42,620 nucleotides of DNA from Candidatus Methylomirabilia bacterium (GCA_046758965.1 JBHIBG010000014.1:1-42620); one strand, 5' to 3'. Counted from the first letter of the stretch, positions 10,169 through 22,681 are shown. The notes: generated by a model from the letters alone, not told the origin. Program-made: numbers and translations.

Positions 10169-12328
10169 CTATATCTCCTCCAGGTGGGCGTACTGGAGCG
10201 ACAGCCGCTTCCGTCCCGCGCTGGCGAAGTGGACCGTCACGATCACATCGTCACCGGCGCGCTCGATCCCCACCAGGAGCCCCTCACCCCAGCGGGCGTG
10301 GCGGAGTCTGGCTCCCACCTGGAACGCGAACTCTTCGAGGGCGGCCTCGGGGCCGCCGGATGGCGCGACCGGTGACTCCGGGCGCGCGTCGTTCAGGCGC
10401 ACGAGCTGACTCTCCGGGATCTCGCGAAGGAAGCGGGACGGTTCTCCGAGTCCGTAGCCGTGGAGCCTCCGGTGCAGCGCGTACGAGAGGAAGAGCCGCT
10501 CTCTGGCACGGGTGAGCCCCACGTAGCACAGGCGGCGCTCCTCCTCCAGCTGCTCCACGTCGCGCATGGACTTGAGGTGGGGGAACACGCCTTCCTCCAT
10601 GCCGGTGAGAAAGGCCACGGGGAACTCGAGCCCTTTGGCCAAGTGAAGCGTCATCAGCGTCACCGCCCCCCGCTCCTCAGGAAGCTCATCCACATCCGAG
10701 ACCAGCGAGACAGCATCCAGGAACCCCTCGAGGGTAGCCTCCTCATGGGTGGTCTGGAACTCTTCGGCAGCGGCGACCAGTTCCTCGAGGTTCTCGAGCC
10801 GCCCCTCCGCCTCAACCGTCCGTTCCTGCTTCAACGCCTCGCGGTACCCCGAGGCGGTCAGAACTTCATCCACGAACGCGGGGATCGTACGGGTGTCCCT
10901 CCGCGCCTGGAGGGCAGCGACGAGGCGGGCGAACTCTCCCAGGCTCTGTTTCGCTCTCCCGGCAAGCTCGGGTGGCAGCCGACGGCAGGCCTCGAGCAGG
11001 GAGGAGCCCTCCCGCCTGGCTGCCACCTCCAGTCGAAGTAGGGTGGCCTTTCCGATCCCTCGACTGGGGGCGGCGACGGCCCGCCGAAACGCCATATCGT
11101 CTCGGGGGTTCACGACCAGGCGGAGGTAGGCCACGGTGTCCTTGATCTCCTTCCGCTCGTAGAAGCGAACCCCGCCGACGATCAGGTACGGGATCCGGCT
11201 CCGCCGGAGCGCCTCCTCCAAGACGCGCGACTGGGCGTTGGTCCGGTAGAACACGGCAATGCCCCGCCCGGGAACGCCCTGATCCTCGAGCGCCCTGATC
11301 GCTCCGGCCACGAAGGCTGCCTCCTCATGCTCGTCCCAGGCTCTATAGAGCGCCGCCGGCTCTCCCTCGGCCTTCTCCGTCCAGAGGGTCTTGCCCTTGC
11401 GCCCGGCGTTGTGGGCGATGACCGTCGAGGCGATATCCAAGATCCGCCTGGTGGAGCGGTAGTTCTGCTCGAGCCGCACGACCCGGCACCCTGGAAAGTC
11501 ACTCTCAAAGTCGAGGATGTTCCGGAGATCGGCGCCGCGGAACCGATAGATGCTCTGATCATCGTCGCCGACGACGCACAGGTTGCGGCGAGGGGCGGTG
11601 AGGAGGTGAATGATCCGGTACTGGGCCAGGTTGGTGTCCTGGTACTCGTCGACCAGCACGTACTTCCAGAGACCCTGGTACCACGCCACCACCTCGGGGT
11701 GGCGCTCGAAGAGCCGGACCGTCATCAGGAGGAGGTCGTCGAAGTCCAGGGCGCCGACCTGGGCCAAGCGCTCCTGGTAGTGCTCGAACAGCAGCGCGAT
11801 CTGCTCCTCGCCTGGGGTCCGGGCCAACCGCTGCGCCTCCTCCACCGAGACCATCTGGTTCTTGGCGTGGCTGATGCGGTGCGCCACGAGACCCGGCGGC
11901 AGCGCGCGCTCATCGATCCCATCGGCCCGGAGGCACTCCTTCACCAGAGCGAGGCGATCCTCCTCGTCGTAGATCACGAAGTTCGGCGAGATCCCCAGGT
12001 GACGGATATGCGCGCGAAGGATTCTGACGCAGGTCGAATGGAAGGTGGCCAGGAGCGGCGGCCGGATCCCGAAGGGGTTCAGCAGCTCCTCCACCCGGCG
12101 CCGCATCTCCTCCGCGGCCTTGTTCGTAAAGGTGACGGCCAGGACGTTCCGGGGATCGACGCCCTCGATCGCGAGGAGGTAGGCGACCCGGTGAGCGATG
12201 ACGCGCGTCTTGCCGCTGCCCGCGCCGGCCAGGACGAGAAGCGGCCCCTCGGTGGTCATCACGGCCTCGCGCTGGGCCGGATTGAGATCGCGCACGATCA
12301 CTTCGAGATCCACCGCGGTGCGGCGCAT
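10169..12328 (-). CDS. pcrA: ATP-dependent DNA helicase PcrA/UvrD
   Basis: LAGAGSGKT, TFTNKAA, VDEYQDTN, VGDDDQSIY, LEQNYRST, KGLEF and EERRLCYV motifs; C-terminal Tudor-like domain. Confidence 0.96.
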   Translation of the reverse strand: MRRTAVDLEVIVRDLNPAQREAVMTTEGPLLVLAGAGSGKTRVIAHRVAYLLAIEGVDPRNVLAVTFTNKAAEEMRRRVEELLNPFGIRPPLLATFHSTCVRILRAHIRHLGISPNFVIYDEEDRLALVKECLRADGIDERALPPGLVAHRISHAKNQMVSVEEAQRLARTPGEEQIALLFEHYQERLAQVGALDFDDLLLMTVRLFERHPEVVAWYQGLWKYVLVDEYQDTNLAQYRIIHLLTAPRRNLCVVGDDDQSIYRFRGADLRNILDFESDFPGCRVVRLEQNYRSTRRILDIASTVIAHNAGRKGKTLWTEKAEGEPAALYRAWDEHEEAAFVAGAIRALEDQGVPGRGIAVFYRTNAQSRVLEEALRRSRIPYLIVGGVRFYERKEIKDTVAYLRLVVNPRDDMAFRRAVAAPSRGIGKATLLRLEVAARREGSSLLEACRRLPPELAGRAKQSLGEFARLVAALQARRDTRTIPAFVDEVLTASGYREALKQERTVEAEGRLENLEELVAAAEEFQTTHEEATLEGFLDAVSLVSDVDELPEERGAVTLMTLHLAKGLEFPVAFLTGMEEGVFPHLKSMRDVEQLEEERRLCYVGLTRARERLFLSYALHRRLHGYGLGEPSRFLREIPESQLVRLNDARPESPVAPSGGPEAALEEFAFQVGARLRHARWGEGLLVGIERAGDDVIVTVHFASAGRKRLSLQYAHLEEI

Positions 12329-12457
12329 GGGACTCTACGATACCACAACCACGAGGGCAGCGTGGGGCCCGGGCCGGCTCCTTCAGCCGGGAACCCGCCC
12401 GGGAGCTCCGGCGATAGTCGGCGTTGAGCCGCTCGAGGACCCCCGCCCCGCGGCCTC

Positions 12458-14296
<1,839 letters not shown>

Positions 14297-14317
14297 CTCG
14301 CTTCCTCACTAAATGAA

Positions 14318-14419
14318 TTACAAAAGCTTCGCGAATTCATCGACGCTGAGAAGTGAAACCCTGCTTTTTCCATCGATCTGACGCATTCTCGCCCAGAAAT
14401 CCTTGGGCAACTTGCTCAT
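14318..14419 (-). pseudogene. hicA: Degraded HicA toxin gene (frameshift + internal deletion)
   Basis: Reads MSKLP, then in the +1 frame RISGRECVRSMEKAGFHF, then LSVDEFAKLL*. These match HicA N- and C-termini; the central GSH-containing part is absent. Confidence 0.7.
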
Positions 14420-14514
14420 ATAACTGCTACTAATGTCTCAAAGCGCTCCTCTGGAACGGGCAGGTTATCTTCCTCCAACGCCGCAACGTATCCCCGAATC
14501 GCTTCTTTCTTCAC
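14416..14514 (-). pseudogene. hicB: HicB antitoxin C-terminal remnant
   Basis: Translates KEAIRGYVAALEEDNLPVPEERFETLVAVI*, like the end of short HicB proteins (EAI..Y...L.EDG.PVP). Stop overlaps the hicA ATG (ATGA); AT-rich relative to the flanks. Confidence 0.7.
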
Positions 14515-16016
14515 GACTCTCCGCGCCCTTTTTTCACCTCGGGTTTCTTCTTCGGCCGCTTCAGGGCCCACTCCTTTTTGACGACCTGCTTCGCCCGCCC
14601 CACGGCTAGCGCTCCCGGGGGCACATCCTTGGTGATAGTGGAGCCAGCGCCGATGTAAGCGCCCTCGCCGATCGTGATGGGGGCCACCAGGCTCACGTTC
14701 GTGCCGACGAAGGCGCGGTCGCCGATCCTGGTCTCGTGCTTGGCCACGCCGTCGTAATTGCAGGTGATGGTCCCGGCCCCGACGTTGACGTCCTCTCCCA
14801 CCGTGGCGTCGCCCACATACGAGAGGTGGGGGACCTTGGAGCCGCGCCCGATCCGAGACTTCTTCAGCTCCACGAAATTGCCGATCTTGGCGCGCGGTCC
14901 CACGTGCGAGAGCGGGCGGAGGTGGCAGAAGGGACCCAGCACCGCGTCCTCATCCACGGTCGAGTCGGTCAAGACGCAGTACGGCCTGAGCGTCACACGA
15001 TTCCTGATCTGGCTCTCAGAGACATAACAGCCCGGCCCGATCACACACTCGGCGCCGACCGCGGTCGCGCCCTCCAGGATCACGCCCGGGTAGAGGACCG
15101 TGTCCGGACCGACCGCGACCGTATCATCGACATAGGTCGTCGCCGGATCTAGGATGGTGACGCCCTCAGCCATGAGGCGATCCAGAGTCCGGCGGCGGAG
15201 GAGCGCCGCGCAATGGGCGAGCTCCTTTCGGTCGTTGACGCCGAGGCACTCGACGGGGTCCCGAGCCTCCAGAGCCTCCACGCGCTCTCCCTCGCGCACC
15301 AGGATCTCGATCACGTCGGTCAGGTAGTATTCACCCTGCGCGTTGTGGTTCCTGACCCGCTCCAGCGCCGGCCAGAGGCGCCCGGCGTCGAAGCAGTAGA
15401 TGCTCGTGTTGATCTCCTGGATCGTTTTCTGCTCGAGGAGCGCATCCCGTTCCTCCACCACAGCCACCACCCGCCCGTCGTCACGGACGACCCGCCCGTA
15501 ACCCGTCGGGTCCTCCACCACCGCGGTGAGGAGCGTGACCGCCGCGCGGCCGGCCCGATGATGGTCCACGAGCCGCCTCAGAGAGGACTCGGAGAGCATC
15601 GGAACATCGCACGGGAGGACCAGGAGCGGCCCCTCGCCGTTGCCGCACGCCGACCGCGCCTCGTGGAGCGCGTGGCCTGTGCCAAGCCGCTCCTTCTGCT
15701 CGACGAAGGTCAGGTCCGCCCCCTCTCCCAGCCCTCGCCGGAACTCCTCCCCGCCACGACCGACCACCACGACGATCCGCCCTCCCAACCGGCGTGCCAC
15801 CCGGACCGGGTAGTGAACGAGCGGCCTCCCGCCGAGCCGATGGAGGGCTTTGGGGAGGCGGGAACGCATCCGCGTCCCCTCCCCTGCCGCCAGGATTACC
15901 GTCGTCAGCGTGCTCACGATCGTTTGCCGCCTCGCCGTGCCGGGAACTCGAGACGCGACCGGCCGGGAGCGGGCGCCGGCGCCACCCCGAGCGAGGCGCC
16001 GACCTCGGCTCATCAT
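14511..16016 (-). CDS. glmU: Bifunctional UDP-N-acetylglucosamine pyrophosphorylase / glucosamine-1-phosphate acetyltransferase
   Basis: ILAAGEGTRM, GYGRV, EYYLTD, hexapeptide repeats, GNFVELK and HLSYVGD motifs. Start is either ATG 16016/16013 (GGGAGG SD) or GTG 15917. Confidence 0.96.
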   Translation of the reverse strand: MMSRGRRLARGGAGARSRPVASRVPGTARRQTIVSTLTTVILAAGEGTRMRSRLPKALHRLGGRPLVHYPVRVARRLGGRIVVVVGRGGEEFRRGLGEGADLTFVEQKERLGTGHALHEARSACGNGEGPLLVLPCDVPMLSESSLRRLVDHHRAGRAAVTLLTAVVEDPTGYGRVVRDDGRVVAVVEERDALLEQKTIQEINTSIYCFDAGRLWPALERVRNHNAQGEYYLTDVIEILVREGERVEALEARDPVECLGVNDRKELAHCAALLRRRTLDRLMAEGVTILDPATTYVDDTVAVGPDTVLYPGVILEGATAVGAECVIGPGCYVSESQIRNRVTLRPYCVLTDSTVDEDAVLGPFCHLRPLSHVGPRAKIGNFVELKKSRIGRGSKVPHLSYVGDATVGEDVNVGAGTITCNYDGVAKHETRIGDRAFVGTNVSLVAPITIGEGAYIGAGSTITKDVPPGALAVGRAKQVVKKEWALKRPKKKPEVKKGRGES

Positions 16017-16069
16017 TTCCTCCCGTCAAAGCATGGTAGCACGAAGAAGAGGCAATTTTCATGAGGGGT

Positions 16070-17038
16070 TCAGCGCCACGCCGGATCGAGACGGTCGGTG
16101 CGAAGGTCGGAGAGCAGGCGGCTCATCCGCTCGGGGAGCGGAGCGTGAAAGTCGACTGGCACGCCTGAGACGGGGTGCAGGAAGGCCAGGGTCGCGGCGT
16201 GAAGCGCCAGCCCCTGAAGCCCTGAAACGAGAGGATCTTGGGCGGGTGGCGTGAGCCGTCGCCGGTAGGTCTGATCCCCAACCACGGGGTAGCCGAGGGA
16301 GGCCAGGTGGACCCGGATTTGGTGCGTCCGCCCGGTCTCCAGCCGGGCTTCCAGATACGTAAAGCCCGTGAAGCGCTCAAGCACCGAAAAGCGCGTCAGC
16401 GCGGCCTTCCCCCGCCCCGGCGGGCGGACGGCCATCCGGACACGGTCCCGGGGATGCCGGCCAATGGGAGCGTCGATGACCCCGCGGGAGATCGTGATCT
16501 CCCCGTGGACCAAGGCCAGGTAGGAGCGCGACACCTGGCGGGCCGCGAGCTGGCGGGTGAGGCCCAAGTAGGCCCGCGGGCTCTTGGCGACCACCAAGAG
16601 CCCGGAGGTCCCTTTGTCGAGGCGATGGACAATCCCCGGGCGCCCGGCGCCCCCGACCCCCGCAACCGATGGGGCGTGAGCCAGGACTGCGGAAGCCAGC
16701 GTCCCCGTACGCTGCCCTGCCCCCGGGTGGACGACCATTCCGGCGGGCTTGTTCACGACCAGAATCTCCTCGTCCTCGAACACGATGGCCAGAGGAATCG
16801 CCTCCGGTACCAGGCTCTCGGGAGGCGCTGGCGGGATCTCTACGCTCACCAGCTCACCCCTCCGGAGGCGATAGGCCGCCTTCCTGGTGAGGCCATTGAC
16901 GGCGACATGCCCTCCCTCGACAAGGGCCTGGAGCCGCGTGCGTGAAAGCTCCGGGAAGTGAGCTTGAAGCCACCGGTCCAGGCGCAGGCGAACTTCGTGA
17001 GGTGCCACGGAGAACTCCTGCTGCCGGGAAGCGCTCAC
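16070..17038 (-). CDS. rluD: RluA-family pseudouridine synthase (RluD-like)
   Basis: S4 domain RLDRWL...SR; NKPAGMVVHP, IVHRLDKGTSG, GRTHQIRVH and LHA motifs; probable GTG start at 17038. Confidence 0.92.
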   Translation of the reverse strand: MSASRQQEFSVAPHEVRLRLDRWLQAHFPELSRTRLQALVEGGHVAVNGLTRKAAYRLRRGELVSVEIPPAPPESLVPEAIPLAIVFEDEEILVVNKPAGMVVHPGAGQRTGTLASAVLAHAPSVAGVGGAGRPGIVHRLDKGTSGLLVVAKSPRAYLGLTRQLAARQVSRSYLALVHGEITISRGVIDAPIGRHPRDRVRMAVRPPGRGKAALTRFSVLERFTGFTYLEARLETGRTHQIRVHLASLGYPVVGDQTYRRRLTPPAQDPLVSGLQGLALHAATLAFLHPVSGVPVDFHAPLPERMSRLLSDLRTDRLDPAWR

Positions 17039-17060
17039 TGGCTGCTGAAGAGCCGGAGGC

Positions 17061-17525
17061 TCAGGTTGATCGCGGGGAGACGAGGAGCCGGAGCGCCAGC
17101 AGCCCGACCCCGACGGTAATGGCCGAGTCAGCCACGTTGAACGCGGGCCAGTGATAGTCGCGCCAAAAGAGATCGATGAAATCCACCACCGCGCCGAATC
17201 GCCCCCGGTCAATCAAGTTCCCGACTGCGCCCCCGAAGATCAGCCCGAGGGCCAGGGCCGGCAGCCGACCGCCGGTCGAAAGGAGGTGGGAGGCGAGGAA
17301 GACGAGCACTGAGAGCGCCCCGAACGAAAGGAGAGCCGCCAGCCACTTCGGAGACGCCGCCGACGAGAGGATGCCGAAGGCGAGCCCGGGGTTCAGCACC
17401 AGCGTGAAAGCCATGAAGCCATCCACCACCGGCACAGGAGAGCCAAGCGGCAGCCTCGCCAGCGCCAGGGCCTTGGTAGCCTGGTCCAAGACCAGAACTG
17501 CCAGGCCGAGCCCTACGGCCAGCAT
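17061..17525 (-). CDS. lspA: Lipoprotein signal peptidase II
   Basis: LDQATK, NPGLAFG, GGAVGNLIDR, VVDFI and WPAFNVADS motifs; ATG overlaps the ileS stop (TGATG). Confidence 0.95.
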   Translation of the reverse strand: MLAVGLGLAVLVLDQATKALALARLPLGSPVPVVDGFMAFTLVLNPGLAFGILSSAASPKWLAALLSFGALSVLVFLASHLLSTGGRLPALALGLIFGGAVGNLIDRGRFGAVVDFIDLFWRDYHWPAFNVADSAITVGVGLLALRLLVSPRST

Positions 17526-20359
17526 CAGCGAAGCGCGCGCACCACGGAAACACATCGCTCGCACAGCGTCGGATAACCGCCGTCCTCGCCGACCCACTCG
17601 CTCCACACCCAACAGCGCTCGCACTTCTGGCCCCGGGCCCTGTCAACCTCGATAAGGAGCCCAGGGATCTCCTGACTCTCGTAGCGATAGAGAGGAGCCG
17701 CTCCGGACCCGCCATCATTGAGCGTCACCGCTGAGACGATAAAGAGCGTGCTCAACAGCGGGTGCTTCCGCCGGAGGAGCTTGGGAAGATCTTCCGGCGC
17801 GAAGACGAACGCCACCCGCGCCTCCAGGCTGCTCCCGATGCCGCCGCGCTGCCTCACGGCCTCGAGGGCCCGGGCCACCTCGCGGCGCACCTCCAGGAGA
17901 CGCTCCCACTCCCGCTCCAGGCGCTCGTTGATCCACTCGGAAGGCGCCTCAGGGAAGAGCGTCAGATGGACGCTCTCAGCGCGGGCGCGCCCCGGGATGC
18001 GTCCCCAGACCTCCTCGGCGGTGAACGTCAGGATGGGGGCCATCAGGCGTGTCAGGACGGTGAGCACCTCGTAGCAGGCCGTCTGAGCCGCGCGCCGCTT
18101 GGGATCGTCTGGACCCGAGGTGTACAGGCGATCTTTCAGGATATCCAGATAGAGAGCGGAGAGATCCACGGCGCAGAAGTTCGAAAGCGCGTGATAGACC
18201 TGGTGGAACTGATACCCCTCGTAGGCCCGGCGCAAGCGCGCGATGAGACGCCCCAGCCGGAGCAGGATCCACCGGTCCGGCTCCTCAAGCTCCACGTAGG
18301 GAAGCCGGTGACGCTCGGGATCGAAGTCGTAGAGGTTCCCCAGGAGGAAGCGGCAGGTATTTCGGATCCGCCGGTAGACCTCGGTCAGCTGGCTGACGAT
18401 CTGAGGCTCGGGCAGCCGAACGTCCTCGGTGTAGTCCTCCGCTGCCACCCAGAGCCTGAGAATCTCGGCCCCGTGCTTGGGGATCAGATCCTGGGGCGTG
18501 ATGACATTTCCCAACGACTTGGACATCTTCCGCCCTTCGCCATCGACCAGAAAGCCGTGGGTCAGGACCTCCCGGTAGGGGGCCCTGCCTCGAGTGCCGA
18601 CAGCCTCGAGGAGCGAGGAGTGAAACCACCCGCGGTGCTGATCGGACCCCTCGAGGTACATCTCCGCCGGCCACCGAAGCTCCGGCCGTGGCTCCAGCAC
18701 CGCCGCATGGCTGCACCCGGAGTCGAACCAGACGTCCAGGATGTCGCTCTCCTTCCTGAACTCCTCGCCTCCGCACCGGGGACAGGTGGCGCCGGCAGGA
18801 AGAAGGTCTTTCGCCTCCCGCGAATGCCAGATGTCTGCCCCCTCGCCCGCGCGCATGAGGGCGGCAACGTGCTCGATGAGGCGTTCCTCCAGCAGGAGCG
18901 TACCGCAGGCCGTGCAGTAGAACGCCACGATGGGGACACCCCAGACCCGCTGGCGAGAGATGCACCAGTCGGGGCGCGTAGCCACCATACTGGCGATCCG
19001 CTCCTCGCCCCAATGAGGAATCCACCTGACCTTCCGGATGGCCCCCAGCGCTTGCTGGCGAAGCCGGTCCCGGTCGAGGGAGATGAACCACTGCTCGGTG
19101 GCGCGGAAGAGCGTCGGGTTTTTGCAGCGCCAGCAGTGCGGGTACGGGTGGGTGAACTCCTGGGAGGCCAGAAGCCGTCCGGCCTTCCTCAAGTGCTCGA
19201 TGATCTTCGGGTTGGCCTCCCAGACCGTGAGCCCGCCGAACTGCTCGATCTCACGGGTGAAGCGGCCGTCGTCATCCACGGGGTTATAGATCTCGAGCCC
19301 CAACGCCTTGCCAAGCTCGTAGTCCTCCTCGCCGTGGCCCGGCGCGATATGGACGAGCCCGGTGCCCTGGTCCATGGCCACGAACTCCGCCGCCACAACC
19401 TTTGAGTCGCGGACGATCCACGGGTGAGCGCACCGGGTCCCCTCAAGCTGATCGCCGGTGAGCGACAAGCCGGCCGACGAGGCATCGGCGCGCGTCCCTG
19501 TCACCTTCAGCGTCTCATCCAGGAGGGCCTGGGCCATGATCAAGAGCTCGCCGCCGACTTCCGCGGCCGTGTACGGCTGGCTTGGGTGCACCGCGATCGC
19601 CAGGTTGGCAGGCAGCGTCCAGGGCGTGGTCGTCCAGATCACCAGCGAGGCTGGCCGGCCGTTGAGCGCCCGGGCCAGGGCCGGGGAGGCAGTCCTTACC
19701 GGGAACTTCACCCAGATCGAGGGCGAGGTGTGCTCGTCGTACTCCACCTCCGCCTGGGCCAGGGCGGTCTTGCAATACATGCACCAGTGAACTGGCTTGA
19801 GCCCCTTGTAGACCACCCCGCGCCCGACAAAGCGGCCGAATTCGCGGGCGATCACGGCCTGGTAGGCAGGGGCCATCGTCACGTAGGGGTTTTCCCAGTC
19901 GCCGAAGACCCCGAGCCGCCTGAACTCCTCCCGCTGGATGTCGATGAAGCGGCGCGCGTACTCCCGGCACCGTCGGAGCTTCTCCACGGGGTCCATGGCT
20001 CGGCGAACATCCACGCCAGCCTGATCCAGCCCCAGCTCTTTGTCCACCTGGTGCTCGATCGGAAGGCCGTGGCAGTCCCACCCCGGGACATACACGGCAT
20101 CCGCGCCGAGCATGAAGCGGGACTTGACGATGAAGTCTTTCAGGATCTTGTTCAGCGCCGTCCCCATGTGGATGTGGCCGTTGGCGTAAGGCGGCCCGTC
20201 GTGCAGAATCCAGAGCGGGCGACCGGCCGCGGCCTTCCGGAGCCTGGCGTAGAGATCCATGGCCTCCCAGCGCCTGAGCAGCTCGGGCTCGAGACGAGGC
20301 AGGTTGGCTCGCATGGGGAACTCCGTCCTTGGGAGATTCAGCGTCGCTTTGTAGTCCAT
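17525..20359 (-). CDS. ileS: Isoleucine--tRNA ligase
   Basis: [12 protein letters not shown] (HIGH-like), [17 protein letters not shown] and KMSKS motifs; C-terminal KCERCW..LCERC zinc site. Confidence 0.98.
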   Translation of the reverse strand: MDYKATLNLPRTEFPMRANLPRLEPELLRRWEAMDLYARLRKAAAGRPLWILHDGPPYANGHIHMGTALNKILKDFIVKSRFMLGADAVYVPGWDCHGLPIEHQVDKELGLDQAGVDVRRAMDPVEKLRRCREYARRFIDIQREEFRRLGVFGDWENPYVTMAPAYQAVIAREFGRFVGRGVVYKGLKPVHWCMYCKTALAQAEVEYDEHTSPSIWVKFPVRTASPALARALNGRPASLVIWTTTPWTLPANLAIAVHPSQPYTAAEVGGELLIMAQALLDETLKVTGTRADASSAGLSLTGDQLEGTRCAHPWIVRDSKVVAAEFVAMDQGTGLVHIAPGHGEEDYELGKALGLEIYNPVDDDGRFTREIEQFGGLTVWEANPKIIEHLRKAGRLLASQEFTHPYPHCWRCKNPTLFRATEQWFISLDRDRLRQQALGAIRKVRWIPHWGEERIASMVATRPDWCISRQRVWGVPIVAFYCTACGTLLLEERLIEHVAALMRAGEGADIWHSREAKDLLPAGATCPRCGGEEFRKESDILDVWFDSGCSHAAVLEPRPELRWPAEMYLEGSDQHRGWFHSSLLEAVGTRGRAPYREVLTHGFLVDGEGRKMSKSLGNVITPQDLIPKHGAEILRLWVAAEDYTEDVRLPEPQIVSQLTEVYRRIRNTCRFLLGNLYDFDPERHRLPYVELEEPDRWILLRLGRLIARLRRAYEGYQFHQVYHALSNFCAVDLSALYLDILKDRLYTSGPDDPKRRAAQTACYEVLTVLTRLMAPILTFTAEEVWGRIPGRARAESVHLTLFPEAPSEWINERLEREWERLLEVRREVARALEAVRQRGGIGSSLEARVAFVFAPEDLPKLLRRKHPLLSTLFIVSAVTLNDGGSGAAPLYRYESQEIPGLLIEVDRARGQKCERCWVWSEWVGEDGGYPTLCERCVSVVRALR

Positions 20360-20396
20360 GAATTTGACCGAGAAATCCAGGAGTTAATAAGCACTC

Positions 20397-20426
20397 ATGC
20401 TATCACCCAGATCCCGTGGGCGTCAA
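20397..20426 (-). promoter_or_regulatory. Putative sigma70 promoter of ileS-lspA-rluD
   Basis: Minus strand TTGACG-N18-TAGCAT with an extended TGn. Confidence 0.55.
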
Positions 20427-20454
20427 CGCGAGCCCGCCAGCCTGATCCGGCGAT

Positions 20455-21720
20455 TCACGAAATCTCGCCGGAGAGCAGATGCCAGGGGAGCGCGACGATT
20501 TTCTCGCCTAGGTATTTGATCTCTCCACCCGCGTAAACGAGCAGACCTGCCAGAGCCTCAGGGTATTCCTCCAAGAACAGCCGAAGCCGTTCCGCATCTC
20601 CATAGCGGGGGTTCGAAGTCAGCTTGATCTCTACGGCGAGGAGTTTCCGCCCCTGCTCAATCACCAGATCCACCTCTTTTCCGCTTACAGTCCGCCAATA
20701 GGAGAGGCGCGGCCGGGGGGTAAGGAGCTGGGTGAGCGCCCTTAGATGGAGGAGGACCACACTTTCGAAGAGGCCTCCTGCCTCCCGGGCCGATCGGAGC
20801 GCCCCGGCATCGTGGTGGCCGGCAAGGTAGGCCGCCAGTCCCGGATCGACGCAATAGACTTTAGGCGATTTCATCAGCCGCTTGGTCCGATGCCGCGCGA
20901 AGGCGGGGAGGCGCTCCAAGAGGTGGGTGCCTTCCAGCATGTTGAGATAGCGGTGTACCGTCGGCTGGCTGAGCCCGATATCCCGGGCCACCTCGGTCTG
21001 GTTCAGCATCTGGCCGCTTCGAAGGGCCACGGTTTCCATCAACCGGCGGAACTCCGCCAGCGCTCCAATCTGGGAGATCTGGCGCAAGTCCCGCTCCAGA
21101 TAGGTCGCCACGTACCCTTCCCACGATCGGATCACGGCTTCCCGACGGGAGAGGGTGAGAAGCGCGGGCATGAAGCCGCGCACGATCAGGGCGACCGGTT
21201 CTTTCGCGGGAGTTTTGACTCTGCCTTCCTCTGGCATTTTCCCTTTCAGGAGCTTGGCGATCCACTCCGGGGCCGGCCGCCCATGCATCTCTCCCTGGGT
21301 CATTGGGGAGAGGGCGAAGTAGACCGCCCGACCCGCGAGGCTCTCGCTGGCCTGATGCATCAGGAGAAGATTCGCCGACCCGGAGAGGATAAAGGAGACC
21401 TTTGGGCGTTTCCGGTCCACCCTCTGCTTGACGGCGGAAAGCAGCCGGGGTGATCTCTGCACCTCATCGAGCACCACCCGATCCTCCCTCGCCCAGAGCG
21501 CCGCGGGATCCCGCGCCGCCTGGTGAAGGGCATCAAAATCATCCAAGCTGATGTAGCGCCACCCGGAGAACGGTTTCTCGTGCTGGAGAAGGGTGCTTTT
21601 GCCGACTTGACGGGCCCCGGTCAGAACGACCACAGGGTGATCTTGGACCGCGGCTTGAATCAGAGGAGTGATCCACCGAGGGCGATAAATCAATTCTTGC
21701 CTTGAATAGATTTCATTCAC
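20455..21720 (-). CDS. AAA+ ATPase (AAA_14) with C-terminal DUF4143/nuclease-like domain
   Basis: Walker A GARQVGKST, Walker B LDEVQ, LSGS, TYLERDL, KSPKVY.VDPGL, and C-terminal EVDLVIE...AVEIK. Start uncertain (GTG 21720 or 21756). Confidence 0.9.
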   Translation of the reverse strand: MNEIYSRQELIYRPRWITPLIQAAVQDHPVVVLTGARQVGKSTLLQHEKPFSGWRYISLDDFDALHQAARDPAALWAREDRVVLDEVQRSPRLLSAVKQRVDRKRPKVSFILSGSANLLLMHQASESLAGRAVYFALSPMTQGEMHGRPAPEWIAKLLKGKMPEEGRVKTPAKEPVALIVRGFMPALLTLSRREAVIRSWEGYVATYLERDLRQISQIGALAEFRRLMETVALRSGQMLNQTEVARDIGLSQPTVHRYLNMLEGTHLLERLPAFARHRTKRLMKSPKVYCVDPGLAAYLAGHHDAGALRSAREAGGLFESVVLLHLRALTQLLTPRPRLSYWRTVSGKEVDLVIEQGRKLLAVEIKLTSNPRYGDAERLRLFLEEYPEALAGLLVYAGGEIKYLGEKIVALPWHLLSGEIS

Positions 21721-21799
21721 GTGATGAATGCCATCAATTCTCGCGATCACCGTCAAGTTCGAGGAACATGCGACGAAGGCTGAAGCGGGGGAGGAAAGC

Positions 21800-22429
21800 T
21801 TACTTCGGGGCGATGGTCACGACGCCGGCCTTGGCGTCAATGCTTACGCTGAACTGGTTCAGGAAATCACGGCCGAGAAGCCCATCGGCGTTGTTGATCT
21901 CCGCGTCGTAGGCGATGATCAGAAGGGGCCCGACCCGGGCCTTCCCAACCTCCACCGAGTCAACCCGCACCACATCCACCCGGGTCGTCCCGGTCACCCC
22001 CCTCACCTCACTGCGGGCGGCATTCCGCGTGGAGATGCCGAGCCTCCAGAGAGGCAGCGGGGCAATCATGGTACGGTCGGCGCCCGTGTCCAGGACCAGG
22101 GTCAGGGGACCCCGGTCGTTGATCTTGGCGCTGACCAGAATGGGGGATCCGGGGTTGAAACTGATCGTGGTGGTTTCGGAGTCAGACCCGTCCGCCTTCG
22201 AGGCGTCGGGCCGCGAGGGAGCCTTGGGAAAGCTGAGCCGCCGGGCCTGCGAGCGGTAGCGCTCCGGGACGCTGTAGAGCCCCTGGGAGTAGTGGACTCT
22301 GCCCTGCTCGTCCACCCACCGGTACATCTGGGCCGATGCCTGAAAGGGGAGAATGAGCAGGACGACAACGGAGAGAAGCCAGCCGAACCGGCGGAGCGGC
22401 ACAGGCCACCAGGGCAAGAGGTGAATCAA
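21800..22429 (-). CDS. Exported retropepsin-like aspartyl protease with N-terminal DUF4124
   Basis: Signal peptide; YRWVDEQGRVHYS (DUF4124), LVLDTGA and DGLLGRDFL motifs. Confidence 0.88.
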   Translation of the reverse strand: MIHLLPWWPVPLRRFGWLLSVVVLLILPFQASAQMYRWVDEQGRVHYSQGLYSVPERYRSQARRLSFPKAPSRPDASKADGSDSETTTISFNPGSPILVSAKINDRGPLTLVLDTGADRTMIAPLPLWRLGISTRNAARSEVRGVTGTTRVDVVRVDSVEVGKARVGPLLIIAYDAEINNADGLLGRDFLNQFSVSIDAKAGVVTIAPK

Positions 22430-22614
22430 TCCTTCTTCTCGCCCTCCTCTTTGCTGGCTGCCGAGACGTCCTCCTTGATTTCGTTGACCCCCTTCTTGAA
22501 CTCCTTGACGCTGGAGCCGATGGAGCGGGCAAGCTCCGGGAGCCGACTGGCCCCAAAGAGGACCATCACGATCACGAGAATTAACAGCAGCTCCTGGTAG
22601 CCGAGGCCGAACAT
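22426..22614 (-). CDS. tatA: Twin-arginine translocase TatA/TatE subunit
   Basis: MFGLGYQELLLILVIVMVLFGASRLPELARSIGSSVKEFKKG. Confidence 0.95.
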   Translation of the reverse strand: MFGLGYQELLLILVIVMVLFGASRLPELARSIGSSVKEFKKGVNEIKEDVSAASKEEGEKKD

Positions 22615-22651
22615 CGCCTTCACCCCTTTCCAGCCTGGAAACTTGCCCTCA

Positions 22652-22681
22652 ACGATACGCCCCGCCTTGCCGTATTGTCAA
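22652..22681 (-). promoter_or_regulatory. Putative sigma70 promoter of tatA
   Basis: Minus strand TTGACA-N18-TATCGT. Confidence 0.55.
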
